From: Candidatus Eiseniibacteriota bacterium
GTDB taxonomy: Bacteria; Eisenbacteria; RBG-16-71-46
DNA: 64,000 bases
Direction: 5' to 3'
NCBI GenBank assembly: GCA_044223005.1
Contig: JBGAML010000005.1
Coordinates: 1 to 64,000, forward strand
Of this stretch, positions 45,814 through 55,163 are shown in pieces (the first letter of the stretch is position 1; the number at the start of each line of letters is the position of its first letter). The position numbers were made by a program, and so were the translations under genes. Below the pieces are notes generated by a model. That model was not told where the DNA came from. It saw only the letters and a list, made by a program, of their open reading frames with translations, and ran no database searches.

Positions 45814-45850
45814 GATTCCGCAGTGGTTCTCATTCCCACAGGAGACGCGC

Positions 45851-46501
45851 ATGCTGACCATCGTGCCGGCCGGAGGCCGGGCCGAACGTTTCGACGGCAT
45901 CTACAAGGAGCTGTTGCCGATCGGCAAGAGCGAGTTCCTGCTGAGCGACGCGATCCGGCGCGGCCACGAGCTGGGCTCGGAACGCGCGCTGGTGATCTCC
46001 AACGCCGAGAAGCTGCCCACGCACGCGCGCTTCCTCGCGCGGCACGCCGCCGGCTACGACGTGAACCTCGTCGTCCGTGCCGAGGCCGACGACCATCTCT
46101 GGGCGGCGCTTCGCCGCCAGATCCCCGTCAGCGACGCCTGCCTGCTCGTGCTTCCCGACACCACGTGGAGCACGCGTGCTGCGATCCCCGCGGGCGTCGA
46201 CCTGGCGTTCGGAACCTTCGACACCGACGAACCGCATCGCTTCAGCCTCGTCCATGACGGCCGCATCCTGACCAAGCCGCAGGGCCTTTCGGGGACGTGG
46301 AGCGCCTGGGGCTGCGTCTACTGGAGCGCGGAAGTCGCGCGCTTCTGGGAGCGCGAGCAGCGCCGCAGCGGCGAGTACGCGGAGTACGACCGGGCGTTCG
46401 AGGCCGCGATGCGCGAGTTCACGTGGGGCACGTTCCCGATCGAGGACTACTGCGATCTCGGGCACTGGGACGCGTACGTGGACTACCTGAGGGCCGCATG
46501 A
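45851..46501 (+). CDS. Sugar-phosphate nucleotidyltransferase-like protein
   Basis: IVPAGGRAERF..KELLPIG, LVLPDT, YCDLG; AGGAG RBS. Confidence 0.8.
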   Translation: MLTIVPAGGRAERFDGIYKELLPIGKSEFLLSDAIRRGHELGSERALVISNAEKLPTHARFLARHAAGYDVNLVVRAEADDHLWAALRRQIPVSDACLLVLPDTTWSTRAAIPAGVDLAFGTFDTDEPHRFSLVHDGRILTKPQGLSGTWSAWGCVYWSAEVARFWEREQRRSGEYAEYDRAFEAAMREFTWGTFPIEDYCDLGHWDAYVDYLRAA

Positions 46502-47175
46502 ACATCCGGTACTGCCTTCCGACCTTCAACCAGCCGCTGCTCCTGCGGCGCTCGGTCGAAGCCGCGCTCGCGAGCGACGTGCCGCTCGCCGGCGTGACGG
46601 TCGTGGACCTGAGCCCGCGCCACTACGCGGCCGACATGCTCGAGGACCTCGAGAACGTGAACGTGATCACGATGCCCGAGAACATCGGGCTCGGGGCGAC
46701 GTGGAACCTCTTCTACGCGCTCTATCCGGACTGGATCGTGATCGGGAACGACGACGTGATCGTGCAACCCGACACGCTGCGGATCATGGCCGAGACCGCG
46801 GCGGCCTCGAAGGAGGCGCTCTTCTTCGGCTTCAAGGACAAGTTCTCGTTCTTCCTGCTCAAGAAGGACGCCTACCTGCAGGCCGGACCGTTCGACCCGG
46901 CGTTCTGGCCCATCTACTGGGAAGACGTCTGCATGGGCTACCGGCTGCAACTGCTCGGCTACACACCCGTCGAGGTCGCCGCGGCCCGGTTCGAGCACGA
47001 ACACAGCCGGTCGATGAAGTCGCTCGACACGGCCGCCACGGACCTGTTCTGGAAGCGCTTCAAGCGCAACCAGGCCTACTACGAGGACAAGTGGGGCGGC
47101 ACGCGCGGCGAGGAGAAGTACCGGCTCCCGTTCGACGGCCAGCCGCGCCGCGTGCCACCGTTCATCGAGGCCTGA
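46498..47175 (+). CDS. GT2 family glycosyltransferase
   Basis: LPTFNQ, VVD, ENIGLGATWN, GNDDV, FDPAFWPIYWEDV, YYEDKWG. Confidence 0.88.
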   Translation: MNIRYCLPTFNQPLLLRRSVEAALASDVPLAGVTVVDLSPRHYAADMLEDLENVNVITMPENIGLGATWNLFYALYPDWIVIGNDDVIVQPDTLRIMAETAAASKEALFFGFKDKFSFFLLKKDAYLQAGPFDPAFWPIYWEDVCMGYRLQLLGYTPVEVAAARFEHEHSRSMKSLDTAATDLFWKRFKRNQAYYEDKWGGTRGEEKYRLPFDGQPRRVPPFIEA

Positions 47176-47235
47176 GACGCGAACGCGGGCACCGTTGGCC
47201 GGCGCCCGCGTTCGTCGCGTTCCGTCTCCCGAACC

Positions 47236-48525
47236 TCAGGCCGCCGCCTTCGCCTCCTGCGGCGTCATCCGCTCCAGCAGCGCGCCGGCCACGCCCGCGA
47301 TCGGGCCGTACCAGTTGCCCGGCGAGAGCTGCGCGCAGATCGTGACGCCCTCGTACCACGAGCGCCAGCGCCAGTTCGGGTTCGGCGGCGTCATCACGCA
47401 CGTCGGCACGCCCATCGCCGCGGCCAGATTGGCCACCGCGGAGTCGGTCGTGACGACCATGTCCAGCTGCGCGAGCTCGCGCGCCGTGTCGAGGAAGTCC
47501 CGCGCGCCCGCGAGCGGCGTCTCGAGGCCGTACCGTTCGGCTTCGGCCTCGCGCGTGCCGCGATGGAGCGACACCCAGTCGATCTCCTCGATCGAGAGCA
47601 GCGGCGCGAAGTCGTCGAGCGAACCCGAGCAGGTCGCGTCGTGTGCGTGTGCCGGATCGCCGGCCCAGTTGATCCCGATGCGCGCCCGGCCTTCCGGCGA
47701 ACCGGGCGCGTCGACGGAGATCCACGGCCGGGTCGGGACGTCGGCGAGGTGCTTGATCCCGAGCAGGAGCGGCAGGCTCATGACCGGCGCCCAGAGGTCG
47801 CAACGTGTGCCCCCGGGATCGGCGACGACCTCCAGGCGTTCGTCGATCGACGCGACGAGCCGGACAAGCGGCTCCGGCACCTGCACGACGACCTTCGCGA
47901 ACCGGTCGGCGAGCGCGGGGAAAAAGCGGCTCATGAGGATCACGTCGCCGAGATGATCCTCGGCGAGCACGCGCAGCGACGCCTCCGGGCGTGCGTCGCC
48001 CTTCCACGGCTTGCCGGCCGCGGCGGCGGCGTTCCGGCCGCGCTTGCGCCGGGCCTCCAGCAGGGGGAGCCCGACGGCGAGATCGTCGGCCTCGAGCAGC
48101 AGGTGCCCGAGATGGTAGAGCGCGAGCGGATCGGGCGCGGCCTCCTCGAACGCGCGGCGCGCTTCGGCCGGCCGGCCCATCGCCTGGTGCGCGAGACCCA
48201 TGTGCACGCGCGCGAGGCTGTCGTCGGGGGCTTCGGCGAGCGCCCGCCGGCAGGCCTCGATCGCGAGTTCGTGATCACCGGCACGATTGCAGACGATGGC
48301 GAAGTTGACGTAGGCCTCGGGGTAGGGCGTCCGCAGCTGGATCGCCTTGCGGAAGGACGCCAGCGCCTCGGCGTACTCCTGCCGCGCGACATGCACCAGG
48401 CCGAGCAGGTTGTGCGCGATCGCCTCGTTCGGTGCCTCGGCGAGCAGCGAGCGGATCTCGCACTCGGCCGCCGTGAGGTCGTTGCGGGAAAGCAGCTGGG
48501 TCGCGCGTTCGACACGCTCCTGCAT
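47236..48525 (-). CDS. TPR plus GT9-like glycosyltransferase
   Basis: N-terminal TPRs, HLGDVILMSRF, VMSLPLLLG, IGINWAGDP, DMVVTTDSAVANLAAAMGVPT. Confidence 0.88.
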   Translation of the reverse strand: MQERVERATQLLSRNDLTAAECEIRSLLAEAPNEAIAHNLLGLVHVARQEYAEALASFRKAIQLRTPYPEAYVNFAIVCNRAGDHELAIEACRRALAEAPDDSLARVHMGLAHQAMGRPAEARRAFEEAAPDPLALYHLGHLLLEADDLAVGLPLLEARRKRGRNAAAAAGKPWKGDARPEASLRVLAEDHLGDVILMSRFFPALADRFAKVVVQVPEPLVRLVASIDERLEVVADPGGTRCDLWAPVMSLPLLLGIKHLADVPTRPWISVDAPGSPEGRARIGINWAGDPAHAHDATCSGSLDDFAPLLSIEEIDWVSLHRGTREAEAERYGLETPLAGARDFLDTARELAQLDMVVTTDSAVANLAAAMGVPTCVMTPPNPNWRWRSWYEGVTICAQLSPGNWYGPIAGVAGALLERMTPQEAKAAA

Positions 48526-48984
48526 GTCGGTCCACCTTCCTGGCGGAACGGGCCGCCCGAGAACGGAATCACCACGTTCGAGGGGATGGCCATGCGCACG
48601 CCCGGAGGCGCGGGAGCGGAGACCACGTCCCGCGGGCCGCGCAGCCACGCCGGGCAGGTTTCCGTACGCCCGCGTTTTCGGCGTGCTGCGCCCGGATCTG
48701 CAGGGAGTTTCGCCTTTCGGCCGAGGTCGCCGGGTCGCCGGCTTGCACCGCCACTGGAGGTGAGCGTCGTAACGCGCTGGTGGAACGGCCGATCGCGGCT
48801 CGCCCGCCGGCCGGCACCCGGGCCGCTGGCGACCGGCGGGGCGCGCGAGCCGGGAGGCGGCCCGGAAGACGACGCTTGTTCGCACAAACATTTCCGGGAC
48901 GCCGGCTGTCTTGGCCTGCACGACGCCCCGGTTCCGCGCGCCGCGGGGCCGATCGCCATGCTCGCACCCGGTTGGGAGGGATCC

Positions 48985-50973
48985 ATGCACTGCCCGCATG
49001 TCCTCGTCGCCGCCCTGCTCGCGGTCTCGCTCACGGCTTCCACCGCCGCCGCACAGGCTCCGCCGCCACCACCACCGCCACTCACGCCACTGCCGCCGCC
49101 CCCGCAGCCGGCGCAGAACCCGACCACGACGGCGAAGGTCAACCTCGGCAAGACGCTCTTCTGGGACGAGCAGCTGTCGTCGACGCACACGGTCGCCTGC
49201 GGTTCGTGTCACATGGCGTCCGCCGGTGGTGCCGACAGGCGCACACAGTTCGCGTCCGCGCACACCACGAACCCGGGGCTCGACGGTGTCGACTTCACCG
49301 CCGACGATGTGACGTCCTCGCCGGGCGTCGTCCTCAACGGGCCCGACGGCGCGTTCCAGTGGTCGTCGGTGTTCGGGCTGCAGCCGCAGGTGACGCCGCG
49401 CACGTCCATGTCGATGGTCAACTCCGGCTATCCGCCCGAGCTCTTCTGGGACGGCCGGGCACGCGGCTCGCTCGTGGATCCGGTGACGGGGGACACGACC
49501 ATGACGGCGGGCGCGGCGCTCGAGATCCAGGTGCTCGGGCCGCCGGCGTCGACGGTCGAGATGGGGCACGTGGGCCGCTCGTGGAGCGACGTGGTCGACC
49601 GCGTCACGCAGTCGACGCCGCTCGCGCTCACGACGGCGATCCCGGCGCCGCTCGCCGCCTGGATCGCGGGCCGCAGCTATCCGCAGCTCTTCGCGGAGGC
49701 CTTCGGCAGCGCGCAGGTCACGGCGTCACGTATCGCGATGGCCGTCGCGAGCTACGAACGTTCGCTGTTCTCGACGCAGGCCCCGATCGACTCGGTCATC
49801 GCGGGCACCACGACGCTGCGTCCCGACGAGGCGGCCGGACTGCAGCTCTTCCGGACGCTGCCCTGTGCGGGCTGCCACGGCGGCTCGCTCTTCTCGGACA
49901 ACGTCTACCACTACGACGGCGTGCGACCGGCCGCGGAGGACTCCGGCCGCGCGATCGTCACGCACGATCTCGCCAACCTCGGCGAGTTCCGCACTCCGAG
50001 CCTGCGCAACGTGGCGCTGCGGCCGGCGTTCATGCACGACGGCCGCTTCACGACGCTGGCCCAGGTGGTCGATTTCTACGATCGCGGCGGCGACTTCAAC
50101 GCGCCGAACAAGTCGCCGGCCGTGCACCCGCTCGGGCTCACGCCCACGCAGAAGGCCCAGCTCGTCGCGTTCATGGGCCGGCCGCTCACCGATCCGCGCG
50201 TCGCCGCGGAGCAGGCGCCGTTCGACCGGCCCGGCCTCTATGCCGAAAGTGCGTGGGTCCCGGAGATCCTGGCCGGTAGTATCGCCGGCGGTTCCGGCGC
50301 GACGCCGCAGCCCGTCGCGCTCGAGCCCGCGCTCACGGGGAATCCTTCCTTCACGGTCGGCGTGGCCGGCGCCCTCGGTGGCGCTGCTGCAGTGCTGGTC
50401 GTCGACGCGAACGAGCCCCCGGCGTCGGGCGGAATTCCCGCGAGCGGCTCCTTCGCGCGCGTGACGACGACGCTGCAGGGTTCGGGCGCCGCGGGCGGCT
50501 GGGGTTCGGTGACGCTCGCGATCCCCGACGGCGCCGCGCTGCGCGGCACGACGCTCCATGCGCGCTGGTACGTGAGCGATCCCGCGGCGGCCGGCGGTGT
50601 GGCGTCGTCGCCCGCGATCCGCATCCGCGTGTTCGGGCCCTACGGCAGCGGCGCCGTCACGAGCGCTCCGTCCGTGGCCACCGGGGACGGCCGCGTGATG
50701 CACCTGTACGCGAACACGCCGAACCCGTTCCCGTCGTCCACGACGCTGCATTTCGATCTCTATCGCACCGAGGACGTGCGCGTCGCCGTCTACGATCTCG
50801 GCGGCCGCCGCGTCCGCACGCTCATGGATCGGGCCGCGGCCCCGTCGGGCCGGTACACGCTCGGCTGGGACGGGCGCGACGACGGTGGGCGGGACGTCGC
50901 GGGCGGCGTCTACTTCTGCCGGCTCGAGACCGCGCACGACGCGCAGACGACGCGCATGGTCCGCGTACGCTGA
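48985..50973 (+). CDS. Di-heme cytochrome c peroxidase/MauG family protein with C-terminal FlgD Ig-like domain
   Basis: LGKTLFWD..CGSCH, LFWDGRA, CAGCH, FRTPSLRNV, FMHDG; PNPF..WDGRDDGGRDVAGGVYF. Confidence 0.92.
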   Translation: MHCPHVLVAALLAVSLTASTAAAQAPPPPPPPLTPLPPPPQPAQNPTTTAKVNLGKTLFWDEQLSSTHTVACGSCHMASAGGADRRTQFASAHTTNPGLDGVDFTADDVTSSPGVVLNGPDGAFQWSSVFGLQPQVTPRTSMSMVNSGYPPELFWDGRARGSLVDPVTGDTTMTAGAALEIQVLGPPASTVEMGHVGRSWSDVVDRVTQSTPLALTTAIPAPLAAWIAGRSYPQLFAEAFGSAQVTASRIAMAVASYERSLFSTQAPIDSVIAGTTTLRPDEAAGLQLFRTLPCAGCHGGSLFSDNVYHYDGVRPAAEDSGRAIVTHDLANLGEFRTPSLRNVALRPAFMHDGRFTTLAQVVDFYDRGGDFNAPNKSPAVHPLGLTPTQKAQLVAFMGRPLTDPRVAAEQAPFDRPGLYAESAWVPEILAGSIAGGSGATPQPVALEPALTGNPSFTVGVAGALGGAAAVLVVDANEPPASGGIPASGSFARVTTTLQGSGAAGGWGSVTLAIPDGAALRGTTLHARWYVSDPAAAGGVASSPAIRIRVFGPYGSGAVTSAPSVATGDGRVMHLYANTPNPFPSSTTLHFDLYRTEDVRVAVYDLGGRRVRTLMDRAAAPSGRYTLGWDGRDDGGRDVAGGVYFCRLETAHDAQTTRMVRVR

Positions 50974-50989
50974 CCTCCGGCGGGGTAAA

Positions 50990-51022
50990 GCGTGCGGCCG
51001 CCCCGTGAGGGCGGCCGCACGC
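50990..51022. terminator. Hairpin between convergent genes
   Basis: gcgtgcggccgccc-cgtga-gggcggccgcacgc 14-bp stem. Confidence 0.7.
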
Positions 51023-51026
51023 CGCT

Positions 51027-52049
51027 TCAGCCCTTTGCGGCGCTCGTCCTGCGACGGGCGCGACGCCACGCGCCGGGCGAGACTCCGGTCGAGCGCTTGA
51101 ACGCGCGCGAGAAGGCGGCTTCGCTCTCGTAGCCCACGTCGAGCGCGATCTCGATCAGCGTCGCGTCGGTGTCGCGCAGCCGGCCGGCCGCGAGCTGCAT
51201 GCGCCACGCGGCAAGGTACTGCATGGGCCCCTGGCCCAACAGGTGCGCGAAGCGTTCGTGCAGCACCGAGCGCGAGAGCCCGGCCTGCTCGCCGAGCGCC
51301 TCGGAGGTCCAGTCCTCGGCGGGGCGTTCGTGCAGGAGGGCGAGGGCGCGCCCCACGGCGGGATCGCGCAGCCCCGCGAGCCAACCGGTCTGCTCGGGGG
51401 GCAGCGCGTCGACGTAGCGCCGCAGCGCGTGCACGAACATCATCTCGCTCATGCGCTCGAGCATCGCCTCGCCACCGGGCCGGCGCCGGTTCGATTCCTC
51501 GACGACCTGGTGGAGGAAGCCGCCGATCCACGCGTCGCGTCCGGTCGCGGCGCCGTTCAGCGTGAGCATGCGCGGCAGCGCCGCGAGCAGCGGGTTGAAC
51601 GGCCGCGCGTCGCAGCCGAGGAAGCCGCAGACGATCACCGCCTCGTCCTCGCCACCACCGTCGAGGCGCGCGCTGGACACGCCGGGCGTGCCGATCTGCA
51701 TCGCGAACGGCAGCTGTGGCGGCCGCGGCGAAAAGTAGGTCGCCATGTCCTCGGGTTCGGCGCGCATGCCCGGCGCGCTCGAGACCACGTGGGGATCGCC
51801 CTGCGGGAAGAGCACCACGTCGCCCGCGTCGAGCCGCACCGGCGATTCGCCGGTGATCGCGACCCAGCACGAACCCTGAGCGACGCCGTGGAACTCCATC
51901 AGGTGCTCGGCTCCCGGCATCATCCGGGGAATGACGTCGCACGCAGGCGGCGCCTCGGCCACCCACGGACTCGTGCCCTCGATGTAGTAGTAGAGCGCCG
52001 CGCGCAGGCGCACCGCGCGCAACAGGTCGGACAGCGTGTCGCCGCTCAT
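51027..52049 (-). CDS. AraC family regulator with cupin domain
   Basis: DTLSDLLRAVRL, GDVVLFPQGDPH, GWLAGLRDP, VGYESEAAFSRAFKR. Confidence 0.93.
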   Translation of the reverse strand: MSGDTLSDLLRAVRLRAALYYYIEGTSPWVAEAPPACDVIPRMMPGAEHLMEFHGVAQGSCWVAITGESPVRLDAGDVVLFPQGDPHVVSSAPGMRAEPEDMATYFSPRPPQLPFAMQIGTPGVSSARLDGGGEDEAVIVCGFLGCDARPFNPLLAALPRMLTLNGAATGRDAWIGGFLHQVVEESNRRRPGGEAMLERMSEMMFVHALRRYVDALPPEQTGWLAGLRDPAVGRALALLHERPAEDWTSEALGEQAGLSRSVLHERFAHLLGQGPMQYLAAWRMQLAAGRLRDTDATLIEIALDVGYESEAAFSRAFKRSTGVSPGAWRRARRRTSAAKG

Positions 52050-52207
52050 CGCTCCCCCCAACGGAGTGTCCGCGGGGGAGATCCCCGCGCCGCTTGCCGG
52101 ACGTCCGGTCAAATCTTCCCGACGCCCGGCAAGCCGTCAACCCCTCGCTTCCGGGCATCCTCCGCCGCGTGGGAATGGTCCCACGCTCCATCCATCCGGA
52201 GGATTCC

Positions 52208-53053
52208 ATGACGACGCTTCCTTCCACCGGCCAGCCGGGCCCGCCTGCGCTGCCGGACTTCGCTGCCATCAAGACGCGCCAGCAGGCGACCTGGTCCTCA
52301 GGCGATTTCGGGCAGATCGGCTCGCGCCTGCAGATCGTGGGCGAATCGCTGTGCGAAGCGGTGAACCTGCGCTCGGGCGAACGCGTGCTCGACGTCGCCG
52401 CCGGCAACGGCAACGCGGCGCTCGCCGCGGCACGCCGTTTCGCCGACGTGGTCGCCGCCGACTACGTGCCGGGCCTGCTCGACCAGGCGCGTCGGCGAGC
52501 GTGGGCCGACGGGCTGCCGCTCGTCACGCGCGTCGCGGACGCCGAGGCGTTGCCGTTTCCCGACGCATCGTTCGACGTCACACTGTCCACGTTCGGGGTG
52601 ATGTTCGCCCCACAGCCCGAGCGCGCGGCCTCCGAGCTCCTGCGCGTCACCAAGCCCGGGGGACGCATCGGGCTCGCCAACTGGACGCCCGAGGGCTTCA
52701 TCGGCGAACTGTTCCGCCTCGTCGGCCGCTACGTGCCGCCGCCGCCGGGGCTGGCGCCGCCCTCGGCGTGGGGGAGCGAGACGCGCCTCGTGGAGCTGTT
52801 CGGTCCGCACGCCCGCAGCCTCCGGGCGAAGCGGCGCGACTACGCGTTCCGGTTCCTGGGTGCGGGGCACTGGATCGACATCTTCCGCCGCTACTACGGC
52901 CCGGTGCACCTGGCGTTCGCGGTGCTCGACGAGCCGCGCCGCCAGGAACTCGCGTACGAACTGACGGAACTCCTGCAGCGCCACAATCGCGACGAGCACG
53001 GCACGCTGGTGGTGCCGGGTGAGTACCTCGAGGTCGTGATCGAGCGCGCCTGA
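52208..53053 (+). CDS. Class I SAM-dependent methyltransferase
   Basis: RVLDVAAGNGNA, DAEALPFPDASFD, STFGVMFAP; divergent from AraC. Confidence 0.92.
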   Translation: MTTLPSTGQPGPPALPDFAAIKTRQQATWSSGDFGQIGSRLQIVGESLCEAVNLRSGERVLDVAAGNGNAALAAARRFADVVAADYVPGLLDQARRRAWADGLPLVTRVADAEALPFPDASFDVTLSTFGVMFAPQPERAASELLRVTKPGGRIGLANWTPEGFIGELFRLVGRYVPPPPGLAPPSAWGSETRLVELFGPHARSLRAKRRDYAFRFLGAGHWIDIFRRYYGPVHLAFAVLDEPRRQELAYELTELLQRHNRDEHGTLVVPGEYLEVVIERA

Positions 53054-53160
53054 TCGCCGTCCCCGGCCGCGGGCCTCGCCGGCCCGCGGCCGCCGGCGTG
53101 ACACGGCGCCCTGCTCGTGGTGGAGTGACGGCTCCCGGTCGTGTCCCTGCGGAGGCTGGC

Positions 53161-54084
53161 ATGCACGTTCTCGACAGCATCGGCCGCACGTCCCTCGTCG
53201 AGCTGCGGCGCGTCGTGCCCCCGGGCTCCGCACGCGTGCTGGCCAAGCTCGAGTGGGAGAACCCCACGGGCAGCATGAAGGATCGCATGGCGCTCGCCGT
53301 GATCGACCGCGCCGCGGCCGCCGGCCGGCTCGCTCCGGGGGGCACGGTCGTCGAGTACACGGGCGGGAGCACGGGCGCCTCGCTCGCGCTGGTGTGCGCG
53401 GTGCGCGGGTATCGGCTGCGCATCGTCACTTCCGATGCCTTCAGCCGCGAGAAGCGCGACCAGATGGCCGCGCTCGGCGCGGTGCTGACGCTCGTGGTGA
53501 GCGAGGGCGGGCTCACGACGCGGCAACTGATCCTCGACATGATCGCGAAGGCCCGCGAACTCGCCACGGCGCCCGGCACCTGGTGGGTCGACCAGCTCCA
53601 CAACCCCGACGCCATCGCGGGCTACCACCCGCTCGGCGAGGAGGTCGTGGCGGCGACGGGAGGGAGCCTCGACGCGTTCGTGCACTCCGTCGGCACGGCC
53701 GCCTCGCTCCGGGGCGTGGCCGAGGTGCTCGCCTCGCGTTCCCCGGACGCCCGCATCGTCGCGGTGGAGCCCGCGGAATCGGCGGTCCTCGGAGGCGGGC
53801 CAGCCGGTCCACACAAGATCGAGGGCATCGGCATCGGATACACGCCTCCGCTCTGGGAGCCCTCGCTCGTGCACGCGATCGAAGCCGTGCCGACGGCCGA
53901 CGCCAAGGCGATGACGAGGCGGCTGGCGCGCGAGGAGGGGCTCTTCGCGGGGACGTCTTCGGGCGCCAACGTGATCGCGGCCCTCCGGGTCGCCGCCCGG
54001 CTCGGCCCCGGCGCCACCGTCGTCACGCTGCTCTGCGACTCGGGCCTCAAGTACGTGAACACCGACGTCTACCGCACCGCTTGA
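53161..54084 (+). CDS. Cysteine synthase family PLP-dependent enzyme
   Basis: IGRTSLV, KLEWENPTGSMKDR, HKIEGIG, EGLFAGTSSGAN, DSGLKY. Confidence 0.92.
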   Translation: MHVLDSIGRTSLVELRRVVPPGSARVLAKLEWENPTGSMKDRMALAVIDRAAAAGRLAPGGTVVEYTGGSTGASLALVCAVRGYRLRIVTSDAFSREKRDQMAALGAVLTLVVSEGGLTTRQLILDMIAKARELATAPGTWWVDQLHNPDAIAGYHPLGEEVVAATGGSLDAFVHSVGTAASLRGVAEVLASRSPDARIVAVEPAESAVLGGGPAGPHKIEGIGIGYTPPLWEPSLVHAIEAVPTADAKAMTRRLAREEGLFAGTSSGANVIAALRVAARLGPGATVVTLLCDSGLKYVNTDVYRTA

Positions 54085-54097
54085 ACGGAGAGACCGC

Positions 54098-55153
54098 ATG
54101 CCCCACGCACGCTCGCTCGTACGCCTGTTCCGCCGCGCCGTTCCCGGCGTGCTGCTCCTCCTTCTCCTGCTCGCGCCGCGGGCGGCACACGCCGGTTCGC
54201 GAGCCGAGGCACCGATCGCGCGCCGTCCGTTCGTGGTCGACGTGAACGGCCGCTGGATCGGCCACGGCGTCGCCTACGGACCGCACCGCGACGGCCAGTC
54301 CCCGGACGGCGCGCAGCCATCGCCCGCGGAACTCGAAGCCGACCTGCGCCAGATCGCGGCGCACTGGCCGCTGCTGCGCATGTACGGTTCGCGGGGCGCC
54401 ACAGAAGAGGTGCTCCGGATCGTCCGCCGGACGGGACTCGATCTGCACGTCGTCGTCGGCGCGTGGCTCGCGCCGGAGGAGCGTCGCGATTCGACGGGAG
54501 CGATCGTGCAGCGCTTCCCGGCCGCGGTGGCCGCGAACCGCGCGGAGCTCGAGACCGCGATCCGGCTCGCGAACCGTCATCCCGGGATCGTGTCCGCGAT
54601 CGCGGTGGGCAACGAGACGCAGGTGTCGTGGTCCGATCATCGCGTGCCCACGGCGCTCCTGCTCGCGGAGCTGCGCGAGGCGCGCAGGCGGACGCGCGTG
54701 CCGGTCACCACCGCCGACGACTTCAACTTCTGGAACAAGCCCGAGAGCGTCCCGGTCGCGGCCGTGGTCGACTTCATCTTCCTGCACGCGCATCCGCTCT
54801 GGAACGGATGCCAGCTCGAGAACGCGATCGACTGGACCGACCGCACCGTCGGCTCGATCCGCGACGCCCATCCCGGCGTGCCGATCGTGCTGGGGGAGAC
54901 CGGATGGGCGACGTCGGTCGGCCACGAGGGCGACCAGGGCAAGCTGATCCACGGTCGCGTGGGCGAGGAGGAGCAGTCGGCGTTCCTCGATTCGATCACG
55001 GCGTGGGTGGCGCGCACGCACACGCCCACGCTGGTGTTCGAGGCCTACGACGAGAACTGGAAGGGTGGACCCCACACCGAGGACGTCGAGAAGCACTGGG
55101 GCTTCTTCCACGCCGACCGCACGCCCAAGCGGGCGATGCAGCCGCGGCGCTGA
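54098..55153 (+). CDS. GH17 family glycoside hydrolase (beta-1,3-glucanase-like)
   Basis: YGPHRDGQSP, LRMYG, AVGNE, LGETGW, FEAYDENWK, EKHWG. Confidence 0.88.
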   Translation: MPHARSLVRLFRRAVPGVLLLLLLLAPRAAHAGSRAEAPIARRPFVVDVNGRWIGHGVAYGPHRDGQSPDGAQPSPAELEADLRQIAAHWPLLRMYGSRGATEEVLRIVRRTGLDLHVVVGAWLAPEERRDSTGAIVQRFPAAVAANRAELETAIRLANRHPGIVSAIAVGNETQVSWSDHRVPTALLLAELREARRRTRVPVTTADDFNFWNKPESVPVAAVVDFIFLHAHPLWNGCQLENAIDWTDRTVGSIRDAHPGVPIVLGETGWATSVGHEGDQGKLIHGRVGEEEQSAFLDSITAWVARTHTPTLVFEAYDENWKGGPHTEDVEKHWGFFHADRTPKRAMQPRR

Positions 55154-55163
55154 GCGGCGACCG

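Noticed and set aside
48700..48770. Cobalamin or c-di-GMP riboswitch (GGTGCAAGCC, GGCGAAAC fragments)
   Set aside because: Core conserved elements (AGGGAA and GCAACTGT, or GGGACGCAAAGC) are missing.
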